Notes under the pieces: generated by a model
The model's input: the letters and a program-made list of their open reading frames with translations, nothing else
Databases searched by the model: none
What the model was told of the DNA's origin: nothing
Origin: Lingula anatina
Taxonomy: Eukaryota > Animalia > Brachiopoda
Length of the DNA stretch: 64,000 nucleotides
Assembly: GCA_051362555.1 (NCBI GenBank)
Contig: CM120648.1
Span: forward strand, 13,388,587-13,452,586
Direction of reading: 5' to 3'
Position numbers and translations under genes: made by a program
Part shown: piece by piece, positions 13,022 to 27,278 of the stretch
Position numbering within the stretch: the first letter of the stretch is position 1
Layout of the letters: each line of letters begins with the position of its first letter

Positions 13022-13908
13022 ACCAGTCCAACCCCCCTTCTTTCGTTTCCCCGCCGCATTGTGCGTATCTCGTACAGTCGGCCCTTCAGGTCAAACACAT
13101 ACAGAGGCGAGACACCTCTCTCACATCATACCGAAGTGAAACAACAGCCGATAATATTGAATACGGCAATAAATAGTTATCTAATATAATTCGAATCAGA
13201 ATTATAAGACGGACACTTTCTATCACCGTTGCCATCTCTTCACAAACACGTTATAACGCATCTAAGGGACTTTTATACTTCAATCTAAACTCTAACGTCC
13301 CAAAAGCAATCTCAAAGCTTTTAATCAGGGGCCCAGTCCTGCATCGTGTTATTTTGATAAGAGTTTAACTAAGACATGAGCCGACCACCACCAAACAACG
13401 AATATTAAATCGCAACTGCAAAGGGGAGGATGTGATGTGGTGTGAAGATAGCCACAGAGACAGAGTTCAAAGTAAATGTACAGGAAAAACGAGAGGATGA
13501 AGACAGTAAGTGGTTTCATTCCTTTTGTTATTTTCATAATATTAATTTATTTTCATTTTTGATAATTGATTCTCAATGTGTGTTGATAAATTACCAAGTC
13601 TTTGATTTTATTACATTCTCTATGTCTGTTGTAGTGGTACATGCATTCTTGTAATTCTCAATCCTGATACTTTCTCTGAATTTTTTTTTAGTCAGACATG
13701 CTGTTCCCTTTACCCAATTATGTTTAATACGTTATTACACATTATATTTTGATATCATTTCGTTATATCTTCACAGAAACCGTTAAGAAGGACACCGCAC
13801 TGGAAAAAAGGAAAGGGCGATAGCAGCACTGAACAAGGGGAAGGTGTTGAAAGGGCAACGGCAGAAATATCTGACGCGGGGGTCTGCCAGGCTAAAGAAG
13901 TGCTCAAA

Positions 13909-13983
13909 TTGATGTGTGGAAAATAATTTACACGCAAGGGCGATTTGATGTGTGGAAAATAATTTACACGCAAGGACGATTTG
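13909..13983. repeat. 36-bp tandem duplication
   Basis: TTGATGTGTGGAAAATAATTTACACGCAAGG occurs twice. Confidence 0.85.
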
Positions 13984-15315
13984 AGTCCACAGTTGTAGAT
14001 TAGATAATATCACGGTATTCTACATGAAAAATGTTAATATATCTCCTTTACGGTGATTGATTTTTACTTACTGTTTTTATATATATTGTTATTACAATGA
14101 GATCAGTACTTCTTATATTTGAACATATATTTGTATATTATTTTGCTGTGATCCCAAGTAAACTGATATGTTTTAATTCAGGCCCAGTCTTGAAAGTCCA
14201 ATTGGGGAGGGGAATGACCACAATACGCGGGAAGCTAAATCATCAATACACAAATCACAGAGTATTATTATCTCACTGATAGTAGGCATTTTAAAAATAT
14301 CCTGAAAATCACGTATCACCGGGTATAATGTCTTCGTTTCACGAAGGGCGGAGAATAAACAATTGCATTCACAAGTCGCGTGAATGGGGTGCTTCACGAA
14401 TCACGCTAAATAAGATGAACGTTTCACACACCTCAAGAAATAAATAGCTGTATTTTCTACAGATTTATTCCAAAAGTACATTTTTCTCTTCGAATTTGAG
14501 CAGCATCTATTTGATTTTGATTAAATACTTTAAGTTAGTCGGATATTTTAGGTACATGTTGTGTTGCGTTTCTCTTGTTTTTAATTTTCCCATATTTTTA
14601 ATGTTATTTTATTTCTTTAGCCTACGCATTTTGTAGGGGTTTTGGTGACAATATTTCATCTTTCTTTGGAAGCTAGGCTTCATCGCCTTACTCAATGTGA
14701 ACAAAAATACCTAATGAGTGTAATATTTAAAACGGGGTCGGGCAATTAGGGCACACATAATTGGCATGTTATTTAACGAGCGGCCACCCTCTGCAAATAC
14801 ATTAAGTCGATGGATAAGTAGTAGTCGTTTTCGTTTTCATCATATGTTTACCAGATGTCGGATAAATAATGGAAAAAGCCTGACTACTTATGAATCTGTG
14901 ACATTCCTATAATTGCACTTTTGCTTAGATTTTGTTCTGGAAAGTCGTATTTAAATGTGGTTCGTATTTATTTGCGTAATTATTTTACTAGGTAATTTTT
15001 TTAATGGTATTCGCTATTGTTTAGGGTGTGCGTATAATGAGTGTACAAAATAATACATTAATTAGTGTAAGATTGCTTTCCACATGTGAAAAATAGTAGC
15101 TGTACATGTATTGCTCTTTATAAACATAATTCCCACTGCATTGTAATGGTTATTGTTTTTTTTTTTGCAATAAATTACTATAATTGAAAATTCACAAGCC
15201 TTCCTCTCACTAAATGAAATGCTACTTGAATTTGAAACATTATCAGTGCTAGAAGTAATTGAAATAACTATAATCGTTCTTATTTGATTAGAAAAGGGTA
15301 GCAAAGACTTACCTA

Positions 15316-15480
15316 AAATCGCCTTTATTTGATCGGAAAAGGGTTATAATGACGTACCTCATATCGCATTTACTACATCGGAAAAGGGTTATAAAGACGT
15401 GTCAAAAATCGCCTATATTTGATCGGAAAGGAATTGTAAAGAGGTTGTTTTTAGACACCTTTACTTGATCGGAAAGACGT
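15316..15480. repeat. Degenerate tandem repeat of about 46-48 bp (core GATCGGAAAAGGGTTATAA)
   Basis: About 4 imperfect units. Confidence 0.7.
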
Positions 15481-17274
15481 AGTAATAGTGCAACTGCAAT
15501 TTTAAGCTTAGGCATAAAAGGGTAGTAAACCCGTAGACCCTGACCTTTCCGATAGAGCTTTACACCGTTGAAAAGGCTTGTAAAGAGAATATTCAGACCC
15601 ATTTCCTGAAGAGTAAAAGAGCTGAAAATTGACTTTTTGTGCTGTGTGATTTAGTCACTGAACACTGAAGATTTATTTATTACCCAAAAGACTGTATGTA
15701 AGGCAGTACTTAAAGATCTATACGGTGCTTTGATATGAATTAAAAAGTGAACATATTTTTTTCTTTTTTTTTTTGGGGGGGGGGCAATAATTATTTATTT
15801 TATATTTTATAGCAAAGTTGGGATCTACGAACTTGTCAACGCTAACTGTATCAGGTTATAGTGTGTAGCAGAGGCTTAAAGCTTATGTGGTAATAGTAAT
15901 TATTGTCTGCATGCTGGGTAAAGAAGGCAAACGGGTCTACAATGCGGAATAGTTCTTTTCCTTTTTCTTTATAATCATGGGGCTTTCCAAATATTCAATC
16001 TTTTTCATTGATGCAACTAAAGAGATCACTCAAAATAACAACAATGATGATTCTTTTAAATAATCTAATGTTCATAAACATGCTAATAATGCATGTAGCC
16101 TGCATTGAAGAAAAAATACGTCCGCCATCTTGCATCAAAGTGAGCGATAACAAAACGTATAGGACCTTTTGCTATAACGTCGCGTATTCGAAATCATGCT
16201 GATTTTCTCAACTCCGTGTCTGCTGCAAATTTAACATTTAACACAACTAATGTTACGTGTGTATGTCATTTCTTACCTTTTTTACTCCATGGGTAGGTTC
16301 ACTTAGGGCCTATGTATTTTCTTACGTTTCTTCACGGTGGATACCTTTTCACGTAAACACCCTCTAAATGTTTAAACGCAATTTATGACTCAACTCAGAA
16401 CGATTTGCTTTATCATCGATATAAAGATCAGGGTTTCCTTTTTATTAATTGAAATTGTAAAAATATATATTCAACCCTTTTTAAAGCAACCGCGCCCTTT
16501 CAAAGGAACGGGGATCGAGTCACAATTCGCATTTTGCAAGTGAGGTTGAATAAGCATGAAGGCAAACATTTCAATGGCATGCTTTATTCGTATTAATGAA
16601 GTAAGGCAAACACGGGATAAAAGACATAGAATTTTCTACCCTCGGAAGGTTGACTTTTCTATTCTTATAAATATAAACAACAAAACCGTCGACACGTCAG
16701 GTAAGCATAACAAAGTCGTTTAACTGATTCTTTCACTAACCTCCAGCAGAAAAACGGCTTCTTTTCATGAGGATGTAAAGGATAAAAGAGGGAACGAAAT
16801 TCTAGAATACAAAACCTGACCGTGGGACCAGTGACGTGTAATAGCTGCATAAAGTGCACATATATTGATACACGTACAGTGCTACAGCGATATTCATTAA
16901 TGATTCGGTAAGTAGTGATGGGGACGCCATTTTGAGTTTAGGTAGAATAACCGTTTGCAAGGGTTAAAGTAATGGGAACAGTAACTTTTAATAACGACTT
17001 CTTCTGTTTTCTTATGTAGATATCTTCTTATTATATAAGATGTTGCTTTCACTGTCTCCAGATTGAGGGTATTTAGCGCTATTGTAACCATAAGAAAAGA
17101 TCCAACACGGCGTTTTCCTTAAAGGTATTCTGTGACATGAATCGATGCTTCGCGCAAGCTTTCAAATATAAAAACATAGAGATGAACATCGTATTCAGGT
17201 GCAAATATTGATCACGTTTTATTTTAATTTCTAATAATTTTTGCAATTAATTTAGATACTTCACTCATCGGAGC

Positions 17275-19074
17275 ATGGTCAATATAGCAGTGGTTGGCGC
17301 AGGAGTGATTGGCCTCACCTCGGCTGTTAACATTCAAGCCAGGGTGCCAGGAGCGAAAATCACCGTCATCGCAGACCGCTTTGACCAACAGACCACCAGC
17401 AATGGGGCCGCAGGTCTCTTCCGGCCGACAGCTGGGTCGGTCAAAGGGACAGATCCTAATGTTATGCAGTAGGCGCTTTCACATACATGCACTTAGACCC
17501 ATTCCCATAGATTTTAGATAGATCTATCCCTGTGGGGAGTCTCACTAGATTACTGTCAGCTTAGCCGGCTAAAGCGTCTGTCCCGCCTACTAAAAGCTGT
17601 AAGGGGGTAATTAACTATGGTGCGCGCTCGGCTGACTGCAATTTAGCGTGAACCCCCAGGGAGTTAGGTCGATCTAAATCTAAATCTCTGGATCGATCTA
17701 AATCTCTGGGAATGCACCCTTAGATTTGATGACGAATTGATACACCTGATTGAGAAAATGGGATTAATGATCTGAAAAAGAAATTCAAAAAGGAAACTAG
17801 TCTTTAGTGTCAAGTTAAAAACTGATAAAGTAATTGTAACAGAACATAAATTTCTCAGATGTTACTGTTTGATGGGTTGGGGGAAAAGCATAAATTGGAT
17901 TTTAATTTTAATTCATTATTATTAAAATATTAAATCATCATATAAAAATGCATTCATACATGTTACTTTCGTTTTGCTTTAGCTTTTAGGTAAGGATGCA
18001 GGTTTTTGTTGTTTATTCTCAATAATGATTTCATCAATATTTATGCAATATACCGATGAGTTCCAACATGCACTGTTCAGAGACAACTGTTTAAATTCAG
18101 CCTTCTAAGTTCCACTTTTATAAAAAAAAATATTTATTCATTGATGTCATACAAAATAAAAAATTACAGACATTATCGCAACACGTCAACTATAATTGTA
18201 ATCACGAGAGGCAGCTTCAGTATTTAAATCAATTGATAACGAAAACTACATGCATAACTAATTACGGTATATTTAAGGGATTTTTGTAAACAGGACAGAT
18301 CATAATTACTCATGCATTTTTTGTATGCAGGCAGTGGTGTGCAGACGCATGGGAATTCTACGAGGAGACAGCGGGGGGTAAAGACGCTGGGATTGCCGGG
18401 ATTCAAATGACGTCGGGATACCAGATGTCACGGAAACCACTAGAGGTGCACTTTGAATTAAATAGCATTGTAAGAGGGTCAATAGTAATAAAATATAAGC
18501 TTCACGGCCTAATTTCTGAAAGATTGTAACTAAAATATATTATCCATAACACTTTCTTCTTATTGCATCATTACGTATTTTACAGCTTAGCAATAAGGGC
18601 ACTGTCGTATAATTGCGCATCCTTTTTTTCTTTTTAATTGAATTGTAAATGCATCAGAGGAAAGAGTCAAATGGTTTTTTTAGATTTCTGTATAAATTTG
18701 TTTATTTTTAAATCTTTAGCCCCCTTTTTACAAAGACTACGTGTACCATTTCCGGGACATGACTGCAAGAGAACTCCGTTTGTTTGGAGAAGACTACATG
18801 TAGGTGATACGTGCTAGCTGTTACATACTCGTTTACGGATTAATTATAGATTATTAGTCCAAATATGTATCAGACAACTGTCAGAATTCAGATAAACGTT
18901 GATGAAAATAGAGAGAATTTCTCCCATACTTTTTATTGTAAGCATGATGTTTAAATTCCTTTGGATTTAGCAATCAACACACACACACACACACACCTCC
19001 AGTATAGGTTAGAATACGGCATTTTAGTAATATGAAATTATAGCATTTGTAAATTATGTACTAGAACCAGTAAA

Positions 19075-19123
<49 letters not shown>

Positions 19124-20197
19124 TTTATTTTTATATCGAGGGTTGAGGAATATTTCTATCGCTCCGTTTTACACCTATGCTTATTGTGGAACTCTTAATT
19201 TTAATTAAAGGTTTCTTATCCGGGATTTTCGTGCCAAATCTAATTTTCCTCGAAAAAAAAGCAATTTACCTACTCAAGAATCATTGCTCAACGCTTCGTT
19301 GATTTCTGATCCGATGTGTTTCTAATGAAATCACTTATTTCTAAATGCCTGGCCAGACGTTTGTGCCCTCGTGTTCTTCTTGGGCATTTCAGAGAGCGTA
19401 TCGACATACATGTAGCGTACTTTTTAGGTGTGTTATAATTTTGGTTTGGATTGTGAAAGATAACTAGCTTTAATTAAGGGATATGTAGACATAAAATTTG
19501 ACTCCAGGACATTTCAAAAGCGTATAGTATACACACACTGGACAATAGAAGTGTCACCCCTACTGAAACAATACTTTGGGGGAGATAAATGACTGTGGAA
19601 TGATATGCTCCTGCGGGTATCATTTTATTAACATCAAATTTCACAAAAGAAAAAGGTTCTGACTGAACAATTCAACTCTATCGATATTCTGACGTCGCTT
19701 ATATTCCGCCTCTTCAGGTTAATAACTTTGATTACTCTGATTCAGGGGGTGACACTTCTATTGTCCAGCGTGTGTACTTTTAAACATAGAAATCTTATTC
19801 CCGTGCACCGTTTTCTTACAGACATGGTTTCTTCTGTACCACCGTTCTGATCGAATGTCGATACTTCCTGCCATGGTTAACAAAAAAGTGAGTTTCAAAT
19901 GGAATCCGTTTTGCTATCGTGACATTAGTGATTTCATCAAGCTTTCTTGTAGTCATCACAGCTGTTTGTAGTTGTTAGTGGCGTCTTTTGTTCTGTAAAT
20001 ACCGTTTTGTCATTTCACCTGTTGTTGACACTTAAGCCCACATAGCTTTTACAAAGGTGGTAGATAATATGAATTAAATATTATTATTGTAATTAAGTAT
20101 CATCTTACCCTTCCCTTTTATTTCTTCATTTCAGAATAGTGGACAAGGGAGGCTCATTGGAACGAAGAACGATCACATCCTTGGGGGAGGTAGTGTT

Positions 20198-20233
<36 letters not shown>

Positions 20234-22021
20234 TGTAAAGGTTCATTCGTACTACGTGCAATAACGTCCAAGAGAACTGTTGTATTAATCTATGACATTT
20301 CTTCGCTTTTTTCTATCTTCAGTTACCTGACAAATATGATGTCGTTGTTAACTGCACAGGGCTAGGCTCTCGGTCACTGGTTAACGACCCCCACATCGTC
20401 TCGGCTAGAGGGCAGTCTATAAGGGTATATTCTTAAACCTTAATCTTCTTCTAGATTTATGTGGGTTTTGTTACTTTTCATAACTATTTCGTTTTTATTT
20501 ATAAAAGAGGGTCATTGCGTGTGAAAAATACTTACTGTACTATTATTTTTGTTTACCACGATGGCACATTTTTTTGGGAGGGGGTCATATCTATTTAGAC
20601 TGAAATTAAAAATTATTGATAGATTCTAGTATAATCAAGTGATTGTATTATTTTCTTTCTGTCTTTACGTAGGTGGCGGCCCCATGGATTACCCACTTTG
20701 TGTATGATCTAGATAAAGAAGCACATATAATTCCTTGGTAAAAACATATTACAACCTTATTGTTTCCTTTTTATCTACGAAAAATATCTTATTTTCCGAT
20801 CAAAGCAACACAACGCTCGGCTAAGAAGAAATTTGAGTGAAAAAATTAATTAAATATATTTTTACCAGAGGCCTTCAAAATATTTAGTCATTTTAGGACT
20901 AGTCTACAGACCACGACTGTGGTCAGTTAAGTTCAAACTGGTTATTTGTTTGTGCATACCGAAAACAATGCCTTAACTGTACTCTCCTTTCTTACATGCA
21001 AACACGTTCGTGCACGCGCGCGTACACGCACACACAATATGTTGCCGTTGTGATGCATCGATTTACATTTGTAAATTACGCTCTGTTGCATAGCATAAAC
21101 ATTTTACATTTCACATTTTTATGGTGTTTGTATCTTTATTTACCCGAGACAAAGAGATTTTTAAAGCTGTGATACGATAAAAGAAAAGAAAAGAAAACCC
21201 AATAATCTGTTTGAAAAGGCATGTTATACTCTTATACTTATATACTTATGTTACACTTTTTTTGTCTTTTTGCAGCCGAGAAAACGTATTCCTAGGGGGA
21301 GTGAAACAAGTCGGTAATTATAGCCGTGAGCTTGACGTCAAGGATTCGACCGAAGTGTTTGAGAAATGCTGCAAGTTACAGCCTAGTTTACGGGTAAGGG
21401 GTCTTTTTACTAAACGGTGTCTTTGACTGTATCCATTTTTGGGTTTCCCGCACACCTTGTTCATTTCCTGTATACTAAAGTCTTCTGCCAAGGAATTATT
21501 TTATTGCCAATATAATACGCTTAACAAAAGATACATGTATTTAAGTACTGCAGGGCTGGGTACTTTGCATATCATGCAAACGTTTTAAATTACTGTACAT
21601 AAACGATCCCACGGTTAAACACTTCGACATTTATTTTTGACACCCTTAGTCAGCCAAGGTGTTGTGGGAATGGACAGGACTCCGACCTCAAAGAGAACCC
21701 CCAAGACTTGAAAAGGAAGAGCTTATTCTGGATGGGCGAACGATAAAGGTTTGTGATTTTCCAAAATGAAAATTTACTCACTTAGTTGAAGTACTTTACA
21801 GGCGCCTCTTTCTGCAAAAAAGCTTTGATCTGTTCTAAAATGTTCAGTTCAGTGGCTGCAGTCAAACCATACGTATGCTGTCAGAAAGAGGCCTAAAATT
21901 TAACCTAGAAACATTCAAATTTCAGGTAGTTCACAACTACGGACAGGGATCTAGCGGAGTGTCGTTAAGTTGGGGGTGTGCCAAGCATGCCGCAAAACTG
22001 GTTGAAGAGTGTCTGGAGTAG
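17275..22021 (+). CDS. DDO: D-aspartate oxidase / D-amino-acid oxidase family flavoenzyme, 10 coding exons, 329 aa
   Basis: Exons 17275-17468, 18331-18445, 18720-18799, 19822-19887, 20135-20189, 20323-20424, 20673-20737, 21276-21393, 21650-21748 and 21926-22021 are all GT-AG and phase-consistent (990 nt). Motifs: VVGAGVIG (FAD), TTSNGAAG, YDVVVNCTGLG, RGQ, GLRP, HNYGQG. DDO versus DAO orthology is not resolved. Confidence 0.9.
17496..17719. mobile_element. Palindromic Harbinger-like MITE family (copy 3, DDO intron 1)
   Basis: TTA TSD on both sides; homologous to 9931-10151. Confidence 0.8.
19532..19774 (-). mobile_element. Internally deleted MITE derivative of Tc1 family B in DDO intron 3
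   Basis: Same TIRs and subterminal sequence as 43869-47065, inverted; TA flanks. Confidence 0.9.
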
Positions 22022-22383
22022 AGAGACGGCTTGCTCAACTCACACGACCTCCTCAACTCGCAACCGAGCCTTCGCTCACTCTGCACGGCCACATAGAGTC
22101 ACTTAATTTTTTTTAAATGCACTACGACGTGAAAGCGATAGCACAGGGTACGATTTCCCCTTAATGTGAACTATATGTATGTTAACTGTGATCAAATCAC
22201 AAAATATGTTACTGTACTCAGCATGCATATTAAAACAGGAGCTGAGAAATAAAATGCTCATCTACTGGCTGACTAAACGTGTTGACGCTACCTGTACATG
22301 GAAAATGTACTTTCGATGTTGAAATTTTATCACGAACTGGCAGATCTGAAATACATTGGTTGGACCTGAGATTAATTTACTAA

Positions 22384-22607
22384 GGCTTCCTTCACATGAA
22401 AAATCTATTTTCTTAAAATCTATTTTCTATTCGCGGTATCTTGTTATCACGGTCTGTGCCCTGGATACCCCGCGGCGTAATTACTGGCAGCGCGAGCCAG
22501 TTTCTTCCAAAGCTGTTATTAATTCTCGGCTGCGCTGGGAGTGATCACAAGATACCGCGAATAGAAAATAGATTTTTAGAAAATAGATTTTTCATGTGAA
22601 CGGAGTC
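22384..22607. mobile_element. Harbinger-like MITE (TTCACATGAAAAATCTAT TIRs), deleted copy
   Basis: Inverted termini; homologous to 32120-32613. Confidence 0.75.
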
Positions 22608-23903
22608 TTAATATACATGCATGGTGATGATGTAGTGAATTTATGAATTTATTTATAAATGAAATGAGCCACAGGCTTATTTGGACTCCCATTGTTTGCG
22701 GCAGTTGCTTCCCTACCAGAGATATTTGAAAAACATTTTATTTTGTGGATCCTTATAATGTGTTAGCCTTTTTCTGTCTCCCAATCCATTAAAATTGTAG
22801 CCATTAGTCTAGAATATATTTCAATGTCGATATATATTTTACAATGTTGCATGACATGCTTATAGAAGTATACTAATATATCTTTAACCACTTAACTTTA
22901 TGAATATTTAAATGAAAAGTGAAAACTAATAATTTAGACAAAATATATGACAAGAAAAAACGAATAAACATAAATTTTGGTAATTGCTCGGTGTTGGTGT
23001 TTTATTACAGAAAATGCCCTCAGCAATATTTTATTGTTTTTTATCTATTTCTTTATGGTGGATCCGGGAATGTAGAAGTACAACATGCCTAATTTGAATC
23101 ATTTTAAAATACAGTACATATTTCAAAGAAAAAGAACGTCAAAAATTACTTAAATTGATTTTAGAAAAAATTTGTGTCCGTTTTTGACGGTTTGATTGAT
23201 GGTAAAATAAACATACTGTATGTCAAACACAATCATCGCTCAAAAGGATTTTTCTATTTGTCAATCACAGCTATCAAATTTGACAGTTTGATTGACCATC
23301 AGGTAATTAGACGTCAATCACAATCGTCTTGCAAAGTAATTTTTACCTTCCATGATAGAGAGGTGTTAATCAAGGCAATTCATCTAATGCTGCATCCCTC
23401 CTGTTTTGGATGGGGTCCGCAGACAGCTACTGCCATTGCACCTCCTAGGAACGTTAACTCAAATTAACTTGGAAAAAAATAAAAACATATCAATGACATA
23501 GCTCATGGAGGATACTAAGTGCTACCTGAAGTTTCCCACTTAACAATTACTTGCTTTATATGTGTGTAGATAAGCCAACTGTACATAAATCAATTCAAAG
23601 CGCAGAAAAATATGTCTCAAACATACAGAATGTGATACAAGATAATGGTATCCACCTCTTCTTCCTTGAAAGTTTTCCATTTTACTCAAACAAGTCGTTT
23701 GCTTGAGTATTAATCTTCACCGAGAATCCGGATCCTGGATCGATCCACAGTTAGTACGATATAGGGTCTGTGAATGGTCCCTAAATCACTGAACGTACAA
23801 AAGGCCGGATAACCTTCATGACTGAGATATATCACAATAAATTGCCATTCATCAGATAAGACTATTTTTTAAATCACTACGGTTGCGTTCACAATGAATC
23901 TAT

Positions 23904-24133
23904 GGGACCATTCCCACAGATATTTGGATCGATCCACGGGGAGTCTCACTAAATTGCTATCAACTTAACCGGCTTTAATTACTGTCACGCCTAGTAAAGC
24001 TGTCAGGGGGTAATTATCTTTACCCCCTAGCTGATTCAGACATTTAAACCGGTTAAGGTGAGAGCAATTTAGTGAGACTCCCCAGGGAGTTAGACCGATC
24101 CAGATGGATCGATCTAGGCATGGGAACCCAGTC
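23904..24133. mobile_element. Palindromic Harbinger-like MITE (related copy)
   Basis: GGGACCATTCCCACAGA...GGAGTCTCACTAAATTG hairpin core. Confidence 0.7.
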
Positions 24134-24296
24134 TATCATACTACCTACTCTGCACTCTCTTCACAGGGACTCTCGCTGAATGCATTCTGGTGTTGAACAG
24201 AATACAGGAAAGCTGGTGATTATACACGTGCTTTGCAGACAAGAGAAATTGTAAGTCTGTCAATCTCATCGCAAAATTGTTTTGATATTGCATGTA

Positions 24297-25947
24297 CAGG
24301 GTTACCACTTAATATGGAATATTATTTTTTGGCGAGTAAATTATCTACAAAATATTTAATTTCTCTGTAACTACTTTAAATCCAAAGCTGAGGTGTCACT
24401 CCATGTGTAGCCAGGTGTGTTACCTAATTACCACACAACTCTCGAAACAATTGATGCATGCAGTTGCATGTTCTGTGGTCAGAAATGTGAGGGGTGGTCT
24501 TTTCGGTAATTTCTGTCCTTGTATAAAAACGCATGGGTTTGGTCAATCTTTGGAGTGTGTTTAGAGAAGCAACAAAGGGATCGCTCTGAAACTTGACAGG
24601 TACATTAGTGAAGATATGGTTCGACAGCTAAGCAACGCAGCTTACTATGGGATTCTTGCTCTCAGAGAAAATGGCCAGAAACGGGCAGCCATTGCCAGGT
24701 AATTCAACATTTATCAGGAACCGTTTGTGAAGTCCTCCAAAGAATTGCTACAACAGGGGCACCTACTCCAATACCTCGACCAGGGTGTCCGCATATCACA
24801 CCAAGAAGACAGGATCGCCTTCTCCTTAGAGGACGCCGTGCTGGTCGTACAAAGACAACCAGTGTCCTCAGAAAAGAGAGGCAGAATGTCATTCAAACGC
24901 CCGTTTCAAGGTCCCTCGTGAACAAGAGATTATTGCAAGCCGGTTATTTTGCACAAAGGCCAGTAGGGAAACCACTGTTAACAGCAGGTCATAAACAGCG
25001 ACGACTGCAATGGGCTGGGGACCACGTGCGTTTGCAGCCAAAACACTGGAATCACGTCGTTTTCAGTGATGAGGCCAGATATGGATTTTTTAGGGTTGAT
25101 CGTCGACGTGTACGAGGGGCATAAAACGATGATTGTGTACTGCCTAGGGTGCAAGCAGGGTATGGTAAGGTCTCTGTTTGGGGAGCATTTCATGTCGGTG
25201 CCCAGAACCAGTTGGTTCTAGGAGGCAACCTCAGCCAGGATTCCTACAGAAACATTCTACAGCAAACAATGCTTCGATTGGTAAGAGTCATCTTCAGGAA
25301 CAACTTCAGGAACAACCAAGACGACTGCGCAACCCCACATCGAGGCCGCAGAATCACTGTTTTTCTTCAAAACCAATGGGTTCGGCAACTGCCCTGGCCT
25401 GCAAACTCTCCAGATATTAACCCAATTGAAAATTTGTGGGCGGAAGTAACTCACAGAATTAATAGCTATGGTCCTCGGCCGGTAAATAGTGATGAACTGC
25501 GACAGGCAAATATCACTGCGTGGAATGATATCCCCATCCAAACTCTAAAAAACGTGTCACAGGGTATGCCATGTAGGATGAGGGCGCTGCAAGCGGCTGC
25601 TGGAGGTCATACCCGCAATTACTGACTTTTCATGATTTACTGTAGTGAGTTCTTTGACTGTGTAACATATCACTGTCCGGAGGCTATCATTTTCTTTAAT
25701 ATCTTATCTTAAAGTTTATACTGACATCAAACTGTTGGTATGACCGGTTTTTCTGGGGGTGTTCCTTTCTTTTGAATGGCATCTTATGTCAGATTTAATA
25801 TTATTGACCAAAATATCTCAAAACAGAAGACTGGATGTTATTATCACTCAGTGACATACTCTTTTAATGACTCAAGCCAAAAAAAAAATTTAATCAGCAC
25901 TCAAAAATAACAATGATTAAAATATTCCATATTAAGTAGCAACCCTG
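24297..25947 (+). mobile_element. Tc1/mariner transposon family A, full length, defective DD34E transposase
   Basis: TIRs CAGGGTTACCACTTAATATGGAATATT, TA flanks, motifs VVFSDE, QDDCATPH and WPANSPDINPIENLW; stops and frameshifts present. Confidence 0.95.
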
Positions 25948-27278
25948 TATGTACGTCTCGTAAACCAATTGCCACTTGACTACAACAAGTATGAAAGTCA
26001 TAAATTTCGTGTAATATAAAAGGCACACTGCTCAGCAAAACTTTATTGAGACGTGGTCGTCCGTCGAGATAATAAAGGACGAGATAACAAAGGGAACAGC
26101 AAACCACATTTATACCTTTTGGTAAATTGCCCAATGCAGTCAGTATCGCAGGACTTAGTGATCATACCACCGATAAAGAAATCTTTGGATCACCTTTTCT
26201 CTGAAATGGTTTCGAAACGGTTCATTCTTAAATCTATGTGTGTCTAACTGCTCTTCGAACTGGAATACAATACAGATGATGAAATGATGTGAGACGGAAT
26301 ATCAGTACCAATGTTTCTGTGGCAAAACATGTATATAGTTTTGTCAAGCGTTGCTATAGGCCTATGCAGGCAGCAATAATTTATATCATCATTTTTCGAT
26401 AGATGATACATTTTTGTTGTAGTTTTTTTAGGTAATTTTTAACTTACCAAGAGACTTTCTTGAATGGGGAAAATTCTCTGTATTATTTCTATTTAAAAGG
26501 GAGAGTGAGTGTGAAGGGTCATAATGAAAACAAAAAGCTTTTGAAGGGATAAACAGCGAGGATAAATGCACCGATGCTTGTTCCGAAAAAAAATATGTTT
26601 TAATTTGTTATATCATGGTAAAAAATTGTAGGCGAAATGTGGGCACTTTTTATCAATTTCGTTAATAGCCTGGTGGTTTACTTCCGTAGTACCCGTGACA
26701 TTTTGTGAAATAGGCCGATGAATACCAGTATACAGTGTAATCAGTTCATTAGTTGATCAAGAGTGATCAAGAGTAGTTCACACCGTGACGGCTTTAGTTT
26801 TAGCAAGCCCCTAAAAAAGAGGGAATCATCAAAAACGTTTAAATGTGTAAAAGCGACGTTGCGAATTTGAGAAAAAAATCTTTCGGCAAATCATTCCGCC
26901 GACAAGATACCATTTTTTCTGCTGTATGTCGTCGTGCTATACCGGGAAAGTTAATAAATCAATTCAAGCTCGATCACTTTTATTGATAAGCCTATCCTGA
27001 TCGTTCCTAGTAAGTTGACTTCAAATACTTTTATATTCATTTTGTGTTACACTAAGTTTACAGGGGAGGATCCAGGATTATTTGAAGGGGGAGGGGTCTG
27101 TTTTTGCTTTAAGAATAACGGGCCTTGGAAACAAAGATGACCCTGGCTCCACTGGCGTCGGGTTCATGACCATCTGAAAGGCCCCTAAATTTATTGGTGT
27201 TTTGGAGGGCAAACGGTGCTATTTTGTTACGGTTTAGAATAATGATTCAGCTAGTCATAATTCTAATTTCAAGAGGAC

